A DNA stretch of 64,000 bases, taken from positions 1,807,757-1,871,756 of the forward strand of contig MU054187.1 of assembly GCA_013239625.1 (NCBI GenBank). Reading direction: 5' to 3'. Below, piece after piece: positions 24,251-35,035 of the stretch (position 1 is the stretch's first letter; each line of letters starts with the position of its first letter). Both the position numbers and the translations under genes were made by a program. The notes under the pieces are model-generated. The model did no database searches and was not told the origin of the DNA. It saw nothing but the letters and a program-made list of their open reading frames with translations. This stretch comes from Lama guanicoe. Lineage: Eukaryota.

Positions 24251-24305
24251 CCTTGGTTCCTTTAGAGCGGGTGCGCAGCGTTTTATCGTCAGCTTCTGCA
24301 TCCAT
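24251..24305 (-). CDS. ST18: ST18 first coding exon (55 nt): MDAEADDKTLRTRSKGTK+G
   Basis: Matches the ST18 N-terminus MDAEAEDKTLRTRSKGTE; acceptor ctttgtgttcacgttacag| immediately before the ATG; donor AGG|GTGAGT. Confidence 0.95.
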
Positions 24306-24799
24306 CTGTAACGTGAACACAAAGTCCTGAGGTCATTGCTTCGACATTGACCAAAACGGGAAAGCATGTCATTAAACTTCTGAAGGTCATGATGAAAAGT
24401 GGAACAGCCTTCCACACTCTGGAGCAGCATCTGACCCCGTGGGGAGAGCTGTGACTGCCCTCCAGAGGCTGGAAGCAGGCAGAAGGGCACAGAAGGGCAG
24501 GTGTCCTTGCCCGCAAGCGTCTGCTAGTGAGTCAAACCCTTCTGGCATCACAAAGCTAGAAGGAAGGATCATCAGATCCGCGGTGGTTGTGAAGGAGACA
24601 AAACCTCAAATGCCAAACCCAAAAGTTTCAGACTGGTTACTAAGCCGGGTTCCTTTGCATTTCTAACTCTTTCTGACATATGCCTCTTTCTAAGTCAGGA
24701 AAAATAATTTCTGGTGTGAAAAAGCAACATGAGGGCAAAACCCTGAAATGCCCCCATTGCAAAATGCCACTGGAAATGCTGCTCAGCAGTGCCATACGC

Positions 24800-24917
24800 G
24801 GGGGGTGGGTGTGGCTCTGCGGTGGAGTGTGTGCTTAGCGTGTGCCAGGGAGGTCCTGGGTTCGATCCCCAGTACCTCCATTAAAAACAAAAAACTGAAA
24901 CAAACCCTCCCCTGAAA
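24800..24917 (+). mobile_element. tRNA-Ala-derived SINE (Vic-1-like), diverged
   Basis: 'gtggctctgcggtggagtgtgtgcttagc...ggtcctgggttcgatccccagtacctcca' plus A-rich tail and 'cctcccc' motif. Confidence 0.85.
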
Positions 24918-27180
24918 CAATGCATACATTTACTAAAGCAATTCTAGAATAAATAGGAGTTATAATCTTCCAAATCTATAAGGAAAGTGAAACTTGAACG
25001 CTGTGTGTGTCAGTATCAAATTCCCCAAAACATTGTTACTAGTGATTTTCAATAGTCAGGTAAGTATCAAAGGGATGCAAAGACTTAACAAGCCTGCTGC
25101 TTTTGTCCACGTGGCGACAGATTCTGACCTGTCTACACGCAGCCATTTCACTAGCAATGTCTCATCCTCTCCGAGTTTAATTCACTTTCGCACATTATCC
25201 AAAGGAATCCTTAAATGGAAAGAAGTGGTTTTGCTTGTTGGAAATCAGAGACAGGCAGAAGGCGCTCTCCGGGGCCGCGGTCCTTAAACCCTGAGGCTGG
25301 CGGGATGCAGGATGTGGCTGTGACGGGGATGGGAGACGCAGCTCTGCTCTGCGAGGCTGCGCTGTGATGAAAGGCACTGACCTGCCATAGACTTATAATA
25401 GGGGAGCAGGTGTGGCAATGATGGACTTTAATTTCCTTTAATAAACCTTTTATGTGCCACACTTTTACTGCCATCCGACGCTCTCCAAGGTCCTGCACAT
25501 AATAGGTTCATTACTTTTGATTACTGTAGTCTATTGAGACAAACAACTCCGGGAGACACTATATATTATGTTCAGTTAAACCAGTGTGGACTATTTATCC
25601 ATTGTGCATTTTTTCACCTGCAACACTACAGACAAAATTAACGGTGGCTCTCGTGAGCTAAAACTATTAAAGCCACCAGCACTCTTTTGTCATCATTTCA
25701 TAATAAACACCACACACCAATCACTGAACTGTTTTTCAAATTAGCAAACAAAAAGTGTCCGCTGCCTTCTCGAGCAGCAGTTGCTTTAGTCTAAATAAAA
25801 CGGTTCATTGATATGAAGACTTTAAAACTACACAACAAGAGGAAACAACAATAAGACAGACGTTGCTTGTGGCTGCTTTTCCTCTGTAGATTTCCCTTCT
25901 TTTAAAACCACATGGATTTATGACACACGACACCGCCTGGGATTAAAGTGGCTTGGTTTACACAGGACGGTGAGCCCTGCGTTGTGAAATCCTCTTCTGG
26001 GAGGGTCTCTGCTGCATATAAAATGCCTCAACTCACGCAAACTCCCCTCCGTGTGCGGAATGAGTAACTCAGTTGGACAGAGCTGAACTGGAGAGTTAAC
26101 ATGGTGAAAACCATCAGCTGTTCCTGAAGGAGCCGCTCTCGTGGGCTTGGGGGGAACCTCATCTCAACACGACTGTATAGTCGTCCTGCACGTGGGCGAT
26201 GTCAGCCCTCCCACCTGCTCTGAAATCACGCCCCTCTGCCCACCAAAATGCAGGTGAGGCTTAAACCCTCATGAGTTTCTTTACCAAAACTGAAACACAG
26301 CCTGCAGAGTGCCAGGAGGCACGGAGAAAAGTTTCAGAAAGCTGCTTAAACATAACCTCCTTTATAGCAGTTTCAGGGCTAATTCTGTCTTGCAATTCTG
26401 CTGTCCCAGGGTGGGACCAGCTCTGCCACCCATGCCACTGAAGCCATTGGAAGGAATGCATAAATATTCATGGACCCGTGCAAGACTGTGCTTGGAGCGC
26501 TGGCCTCATGAGCGTATCTGGGGGCTCCCATCCTCTTGTCGGCATAGGGTCGACGTCCTACCTCAGCCCTGTAAGCAGCAGCAACTCACTCACGAGGCTC
26601 TGTGTCCAAATTTAACTTGTGGGCCAAGTTGTAGGAGTGAGAGCCATCAAGGCCTTAACGTGTCTCCCATCTGTTTCACCTCCTGCCTCCTGTTCACACG
26701 CAAAGGACAATAAAGGGACCAAGTTCGGTGTCTGGTCCTGTCTTGCAGCCCTCTGGGAAGAAAAACACCAGAAACCTACAGCATAAGAGCTTCCGACTGG
26801 GGATTGGGGAGGGGGGCGAGGCGGAAGGTTTAGTGCTCAGGAGAAAGCCCTCTCTGGGTAAATCTCACTGGAGAACAAGCGTTTGTTCTCAAAAACCTAC
26901 CACGTGGAGCAGAAATTTCTAAGTTTTCTTTATATGGATTATTCTCCTGGACTTTAATAAACTGCATATAGATGGACTCAATTTTTGTAAAATCAAAACT
27001 CAGATTCAGTGGCGCAACGTTCCAATAATGGTTCATTCAAGACGTGCAGTGGGAGGGGATGACCGCACGTCCAAGCTCCCCCAGTGACAGACGAGGCGCG
27101 CGACTCTGGTGCTGCTCAGACACGGACCTAACAGGGCCGCAGCCTTGAAAATGCCACTTCTTGTTGGGAACATTTGGAGG

Positions 27181-27184
<4 letters not shown>

Positions 27185-27226
<42 letters not shown>
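27185..27226. repeat. (ATT)14 microsatellite
   Basis: Perfect trinucleotide run; produces the poly-Ile ORFs in the track. Confidence 0.95.
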
Positions 27227-27227
<1 letters not shown>

Positions 27228-30200
27228 GAGAAGGAGAACTGGTCATCTTTGCTGTCTCCGTCCTAAATGCTATCGACAAGCCTGCAATTAATTTTGTAAA
27301 ACTTAATGAATCATTTGTTTTCTCAAAACAGAGCTTGGATTTTCTAAAAATCTGTCCTTGTCCTGATGCCTTCTGGCCTTTCTCTGCGTCCCACCGCTTA
27401 TGGATGGGAACAAGACAAGAGATTCTCTGAGATTCTACAATGGGGGCCTCCCAGCCTTGACAACCGACTCAATAGAGACAAAATATTAAAGGCAAGGTCC
27501 ACTGCTCTTATTTCTCCCGAAACTACTTTAAGAAAAGTTCCCTTAACCTATAAGTATAGGTATATTATGCATCATATTTGTACAGAAAGGAAGGAAAGTG
27601 GGGTTTTTTGGGTATCTACTTCATCATAAAGCCATGAAGGAAAATTTGAAAAACCTTTCTTCCGCAGTTCTCCAGGGAGAGGCGTGAACACAGGGAGAAA
27701 TGGCGAGAGGAAAAGAAACATAAAATAAAGAAGAAAAGAAACAAAACTTGGAGGCCGGAGATGCAAGAACCCACCCTGGAGGTGAGCAGACAGGCAATGC
27801 AGCGGAAACGACCACAAGGCACACTGGCACTCGCCGAATGTGGAAAGCTTCCATTTAGCATCTTCATGGACTTGCACACCTACACATGGGTGTGCACAGT
27901 GACTCCCCAGTCATGTGGGCGTGCCCGCCTTTCCTCCAGGCGCTCACATCCGGGCAATCAGCAGAGCTCGCTCCCGCGTGCTCGCCATGCACAGATCCGC
28001 CCCTTCTTTGGGGCTGAAGACGGATGCCTGGGATTGCGAACGCGGGGGCGGGAGAGATTTAAGGAGCAGGACACCAAATTTATTACCTCCGTTTGGCTTT
28101 CATTCACGGAGGCAAATTACTGGTACGTGAGGAGATTTCGTTCCCTGAGATTTTACTTTTCACTCAAAATCCTGTTTTAAGCTAATAGTTAAATTAAACC
28201 AACAAATAAACAAACAAAACCAAATGACCTCCAAGGAAATAGTCATCACTTCTTAAGAACTGGGGAAAAAAGCAAATCTGCTGGTAACGTGTAAGTTTTA
28301 TTTCTCCTTTCAGCCGAACTCTAAACACAGACGTACTCAGTATATGTTTGTAAGTAGCCTTGAGTTTCTTAATATTAACCGAAAAAGCCATGGTGATCAT
28401 GACGTCCTGAGGACACTTTCTCAAAATCCTTAGCCAGTTAATCTGAATGCTGTCTAGTCACACACAGTTTCACGCCGGCGGCCACTTTGAATTTGAGAGG
28501 CCTGCCACGTGCATTCAACCGCAGCGACCCCCACTTTTCACAAGATCTCACGTGTTGCTCTCCTGAGAGTTTTGCTTGTTGTGCCACAGGACTCGCGCGA
28601 GCCGTCCTTTCACTCCCGGGATGCTCGCGGCCCTGGGGGGAGGAAGTCAGCTCTGCCTGCCGAGAGGAGGTCCCGGGGTCCTCCCCCCGAGAAGCCCCCC
28701 AACCTCGTGGATGCTTCCTTTATAAAAATCAAGGGTTTTGTTTTTGTTTTTTTAGTGACAGTGAGAAACCCAGGAAGTTAGAAAAAGCTGAACCGAGAAA
28801 ATGGAACAGCTAGAGGATGCCAGCACCTCGGGATGCAGCCCGGCCGGACCGAGAGCAAAGGGCCACACCCAGCGCCCTCTCTTCTCGTGGCTGCGGCGCC
28901 ACTTTGCCGAAGCGCAGTTTTGGACCCGCCCGCAGCGGCAGCAGAAGACCTCTCCCCGTTACCCGGGGGGGAGGCGGGGGACGAGCTGCGGAGCCGCGCG
29001 GCTCGCCGACTCGCCAGAAGACTGTGAAGACGAGCCATTCGAGCCCGTGTTTCTCTGCGCTTAACTCTCTCTGCCACCTTCCTGGTCTTCCTTTCACACG
29101 TCTGTTCACTACACAGGGAGAGTAAGTCAGAACACAAAGTGGCATCTCCGCAAATAAAGCCCGGGGTTTTCACATCATCCTCGATGACGTGTGAATGCAC
29201 TTGCCGAGCCCCTGCTTGTCCCTTATCCCAAGAGAAATGAAAGTCTCCGAACCGTCTGTGGAGGGCGCAGGCACGGATTCTGACTCTCTGCTCCTGTTCG
29301 AGGTGCTCTGGGTTCTGCACAGACAGCTGAGGGGTGGGACGACTGCACCCTTGACGCCTGGGCCCCCTCCCTCCCTCCCCAACCCCTCCCGCCCTGGCGA
29401 ACACCGCGCCCAAGGGGAGAAGCAGGTCCAGTGTGACTTCAGGTCAGGCACTGCTGTCTGGAAAGGGCCACTCCTAAGGCCCAGGTGCATGCACACCCCC
29501 CCGGAGCAGGTGATCTTCAAAGGGGGCTTCTAGAGTCACGTGGAAATGCCTGGCGATGGAAGAAATCTCGGACCTCGACGAGCCTGGGTGGCCTTAGGAG
29601 GACGAAACACGGGTGTGTTTCGGTGTTCCTCATCGCTGGGTTGGCCCTGCTCCCAAAGCCTCACCCTCTAACTTTGCACAACTGGCAATGTGACCATGAA
29701 CCAAAGCCATATGTCTGTGTCCTTTTGCCAAACGACTCCAGCAGATAGTCAGTTATTCCCTGAGGAAGACAGCGCGTGCCAGGGATTTCCATTAGCCACC
29801 GCCGCGCCACGGCCTCTGAGTCACAGCTCTGTAACCTAAGGGGGCAATCGCCAGCTTCACGTTTTAGAAGACTTTAAAACCCTTTTTAATACGCCCTGTT
29901 TAAGGACAACTCAGTGTAAGTGACACCCTAAAAGGGCCTTAACAATTTTCTTTCTTGCTGTTATTTTGAGGTGTACGTGTTGCAAAACACATAAATGTTA
30001 GAAAAGAGCTCCTTCGTGCAGGGATAGGCTATTTTAGATGGATTTTTCCCAAGGACAGCCCAACGCATCGCAACTCTGTTTGTAGGCGTTAACTCTGGAC
30101 GTCATCTACGGTGCTTTTAAAAACATGCTTAGAAAACAACCTCACTCATTCGTTCTTCATCCTTAAGTTAACTAATTTCTAATACAAATGAACTCAAATC

Positions 30201-30512
30201 GGATGTTTCAAACTATTTTAGATGCTGAACCTTTCTTTGAGGGCAAACGTGTGAACAAATGGTACACGCACAATCAGCATGTGAAAGGCTCTGTGGGCCC
30301 AGAGGACTTCGCCTGCTGAATATTTTAAAATATCAAAGTGATGGTGCTTCCAGCGAAAGTCACCACTCTACACTGAGCATCGACAGTACGTTTCTTTCAA
30401 AGCGAATCCACAGAAAGCCAGCACTGTTGTAGAGGAGAACTTGTACACGGACGCCGCGGCCGATGTCTTTTCTTTCAATATATTCTACTTTTTAATGAAA
30501 ACGCTGCCTTAC

Positions 30513-30615
30513 CTCCCGCTCTTTCTCCAGGTGACTTGTGCAGTGAGGCTTTCCCTCCTCCGCCAGAATGACGAAATGCCTTTGCTCGCTTTAGTGAGGA
30601 ATCCTGCAATTCATT
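30513..30615 (-). other. Candidate non-coding (5' UTR) ST18 exon, 103 nt
   Basis: Strong acceptor gttctcttattttttatcttcatag| and donor GAG|GTAAGG on the ST18 strand; no transcript evidence. Confidence 0.3.
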
Positions 30616-33018
30616 CTATGAAGATAAAAAATAAGAGAACGAGAGCATGTAAGAAAGGACAAATACGTGGAAGGTCAGTGACAAGCGCAGATGTGAGCTT
30701 AAACAGTTACCCGTGACCCGGTGGGCTGCAGTGTGAGCCGAGTGGACATTTTATACTGACGTATTAATGGCAGAAAGATGTTTACATCTTCTAAGGTGAG
30801 CCAAATTAATTTTTATCTGTATTACCAAACTATATATATATCATGCCTTCAGTTGACCAGGAAAATTGGATAATAGGGACTCTCAGTGGTCATGATTGTC
30901 ATTTTTGCTTTAACCACCAGAAGAAAAAGTTCAGACGAGGTTTGGCATGAGCTGCACTCAAGGAGTCACAGAAGACAGCGTCCAAAGGCGTCCTTATTTC
31001 GGGTGACTGAGGGCGTCATTATCTCCTGCATGAGGCTGTCCTGAAACGCTACCAGCGTTCTTTGCCAATATTTTAACCTGCTTCCCGTGGAAACCACGTG
31101 CACGTCACCTCCTCACTTTCAGACACAATACACAGGCCTGCACCACCTCTATTTGGTCCCAGGCGTGGGACGGAGTCTGTCCTCCGGCCATTTGGCCCTG
31201 GAGGGAAAACTCTGAAATTCAGTGCGACACACTCAGTCTCAGACAGACGGTCAGACAAGCACTGTGCATATACCGTCGCTGTCAACACACCCACAGAGCG
31301 CTCTGGCCAGCAGTTCCGGTGCTGTAGGACACGCGGCGCCAACCTTCCTGGCAGGAGAGTTCTCGTGTCCGTCTTTCACCCTTTGCAGTAGATTGGGGTG
31401 CCCAGATTTCTCAGCATGGATTTCTGGGTTCCTTGAAAGCCCTGACCAGACATTAAGCAGATGCTTCTCCAACCGAAGTCAGCCACTGGAGTTCCTGGGG
31501 AAAGAAAATGGGGGTAACACTCTCAAGGAGAAAGAGCAGATTACCACCCATGAGGTCAGGGCTGGAGTGTGGTGCAGGACTCAGGGGTTCTGAGTCTGCC
31601 TTTGACGGCAGCGAGAAAGAAAAAAGCTTTCTCTGCAAATGCGTTTGGCTTACCCTCCTTCCCCCTCGGTCCACCTGCCTGTCCCCTTTGTCTGCCACAC
31701 TCTAACCTAAAACAAAAGATCCCGGAAAACACTGGTGGGCAGAGCTCTTTCTAAATCCTGAAAGTAATGGCTTTTTGTCTACACCCAATCGTGTTGTGTG
31801 TTTATTAGCAATACATTTTCCATTTATTTTCTCAAAGATTGCCAATAAAGACCCGAGTCGCATAAGGGAGTAGCTGTAAACCCTCTGAGTTCCCTAATGT
31901 CAAACTCATTAGCATCCGAATAAGCACACAGCGGCACATCATCTGCACAATTGCAATTTTTTACTACTTTTAATAGCGTTTCTCAAAGGGCTCATTTTCA
32001 ACTTTCTTCAGTGGTTAGTTGGTTCTCAGGGGAGAAGTAGCTTCCCGACGCGGCGGCTTCACTCAACAGCCCCGCCGTTTGCTGTCAGGCATCAGCCCTC
32101 TGCCCTGTCCCATCTGCTGTCTCCCCCTCCCCGGGGACCAGGCTGAGGCAGTGCAGCCGAGAGCCACAGAGGGCGCCGACGAAATACAACTTCAGAAATC
32201 TGATTTGACACCAAAGGGCTGGGCAGCCCAAGCCCACCAAAACACAAACGGGGGCGGGGAGGGACCCTCAGACGCTCCGCACCCCCGTGTCCATCACGCC
32301 TAACTTCCCCGCCCGCTCCTGGGAAGCAGGCTCTCGGCTGATGCCAAGAGGAAGCTTCCACTGAAGTCAGCTCTGTCTCTGCTCTGTGTGTGTCCCTTTC
32401 ATGGTATCAAAGAGACACCTTCTCAAACCCATTTCTTGTTAATTGCCATGCTCCACTCTCTTTGCTGATCCTAAACCGTGTTCTGAGACTTAAGGACTTA
32501 CTAAAATATTCATAGGAAATACACCTTCTGGAAGACAGTTAACCTAAGACTTGGAGTCTTGACCAAACTCCATCCCCCGCCCACCAGGATGAACGCTCTT
32601 CCATCGAAGCTCATGTTTTCATGTGACAGCAACCTTCAAAGGTGAAACTATACGACAGCCAAGTGTCGGAAACCTGACGGGCCACGCAGTCCTTACGCCT
32701 GTGCACAAAGCCAGGCCTGGTCTTACTTGTTAAACAGGGTTATCACGGAGCGCCCTGTCTGTTCCGCCGCGCACCCAGAATGAGGGCCAAGTCACCTACT
32801 CGGGGAGCACTTGCTTCTGAAAAAGAGGGTTCTTCAAACCTATGAAAAAATGTAATGAACCTGCCATGTGATTTAAAAGAGGGGATATAAGATTATATTT
32901 TACTGGGGGGGGGTCCTAAAGTGACAACATGCCCCTGTCAATTGTGTCCCTAGAGCAGAGAACTCTAGAGTTACTTGCGGTTCAAAACAAAAAACTCTCA
33001 AAAACATTTCTTCAAACT

Positions 33019-33147
33019 GGGGAGGGTACAGCTCAGTGGTAGAGAGCATGCCTAGCATGCACGAGGTCCTGGGTTCAATCCCCAGTCCTTCCACTAAAAA
33101 TAAATAAATAAATCTAATCTCCCTCCCCAACAAATTTTTTAAAAAAA
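33019..33147 (+). mobile_element. tRNA-Ala-derived SINE (Vic-1-like), near-consensus copy
   Basis: ggggagggtacagctcagtggtagagagcatgcctagcatgcacgaggtcctgggttcaatccccag plus (taaa)n, 'ctccctcccc' and A-rich tail. Confidence 0.92.
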
Positions 33148-33152
33148 TACTG

Positions 33153-33380
33153 AAGGGGAAAGGGTGGGGATTAACAGACACATGTTACTATATCTAAAAT
33201 AAACAAGGACCTACTGTATAGGACAGGGAGCTGCATTCAATTTCAGTGATAACATATAATGGAAAGGAATCTGAAAAGGAAAGAATGTATACGTAGGTAC
33301 ATGTATGACTGAGTCACTTTGCTGTACACCTGAAATGAACATTGTAAATCAACTACACCTCAATAAAAATTTTTAAAAAA
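33153..33380 (+). mobile_element. LINE-1 3' terminal fragment directly downstream of the SINE
   Basis: 'aacaaggacctactgtataggacaggg...gagtcactttgctgtacacctgaaatgaacattgtaaatcaactacacctcaataaaa'. Confidence 0.88.
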
Positions 33381-34974
33381 TTCTCCAAACTAAACTCAAA
33401 GTGAAAAATTCGCTGAAAGAGCAAGTAAATTGAACATGAAGTGTCGGAGCGCCTGCCGCCCTGCGGGGGCACTGCTGGTTTTGGACTCTGCTTCCCGATG
33501 GGCCCCGTCAGGGCGCGAACGCGGGGCGGGCTCCTCTCAGAAGTCTGGACGTTAACGCAAGCTCCGAACCCCGCTCCTGCGTTTAGTTTCCCGCCAAGGA
33601 CAGCGAAAGCGGAAGAGGGGCACGCATCGACCCCGCCCTGCGGCCCTGGGCCTGGTCTCCACTTAACCTCTCAGCCCCTCTCCTGACCGCAGCGTCTCCT
33701 CCAGTCGCTCCTTGGTTGGAACTATGATGAAGGGAGGTTTTCTTGCTCTTTTTGTTTTGTTTTGTTTTGTTTTAATGGGAAGGCAAGTCCTTTACAGTTC
33801 CAAGTTTCCAGATTTACTTTTACATTAATCAGCATAATTTAAGTGGGAGCAAAATTTCGTGTAAATCTTAATGATACCTTTGCCCGGACAGTCGAATTGT
33901 TTGGTTTTCCATTTGCCATGTTGCTCCATTAAATTTCCAATGAAAATTGAAACCCCTTATTTTGACATTTCTAGTCAATGAGCTACAGAACAGGCTTTCC
34001 CATCAGAGCAAGAGATTCTATATTTAGAAACCGATGTATAAAAATTATGTTAGCCAACTGCCACTTTGTATTTAGGCCATCGAAGATGACTTTCTTGTTC
34101 TCAGCTTTCCGCGTTGATATTCCGGGATACGCGTTATTGGCTGGAACAAATGAAGAGAAGTCGTGACTTTCTTTTGAGTTGTTTTGGGTGAAGAAAAATA
34201 CTGTTTATTGGCCACAAGCCGTACTTTTACTATCAGCCCATAATTAGGCTTCTGATCACGGGGGATCAGAAAAAGGGGCTGCACCCAAACTGGAAGTATT
34301 CTGACGGGGAAAAAAACATCCCCCACTGCAAAGTGGGGCAGCCATATTGCTTACTGGGGGGGGGGGTTGGATTGTAAATCGTTGCATATTCAGCAGGACT
34401 AATTCTTTGATATTAGCAACCACGTTGCTTTTCATGATCCATTTTGAATATTTCGTGCTTCCTGAGCAATCACTGAAAGTCGAATCTGAACAGAATGTCC
34501 TGCTATGCAGCAGAGTTTGTCATTTCCAAAGAAGAATAAAAATCAGACTTGTCAACGTACAAAACCTCCATCGCTGAGTCTAACTGACTCTTACTGGTTT
34601 GCCTGGCTTTCTGAAATCTCTGCCCTGTAGAGCCTTTCAAGGAACTCTCAGTGCAGGACGTGCTGTGGCAACTCAGATCTTCTCTAGGAAACGCAGCTTT
34701 TTGCTTTGCAAATTGCGGCAGTCCTACAGAGCATCCAAGCAACTTCTGGTTTCTGCTGTGATTGATACAAAGTAACTGTGCTCGTGCTGGCAGGCGTTCG
34801 TATTGTGTTAGCATTTGTGTGTGTCCCTCTGTCACCTGTGAAAGTAAAACCCAGGCCTCTTCTCGTGGAACTCTGAAGCCATGCCAGTGACTTGTGCAAG
34901 GCCCGTACCTCTCCTGCAAGAGGACTTAGCTTCCACCCGACTTAAGGAACAAGACAGCCCTCAAGGATACTTAC

Positions 34975-35035
34975 AGCCTTGCTGCAATTAACATAACTGC
35001 ATTCAGATACCACTTGTGACGGGTCATTCCAGCAC
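34975..35035 (-). other. Candidate non-coding (5' UTR) ST18 exon, 61 nt
   Basis: Acceptor ctttccccccacaag|G and donor GCT|GTAAGT; no transcript evidence. Confidence 0.3.

Noticed and set aside
28778..29413. 211-aa minus-strand ORF
   Set aside because: No recognisable homology; explained by stop-codon scarcity in GC-rich sequence.
33019..33095. tRNA-Ala gene (also at 6107, 16989, 24800, 47087)
   Set aside because: A-rich tails, TSDs, broken stems and multiple diverged copies show these are tRNA-derived SINEs.
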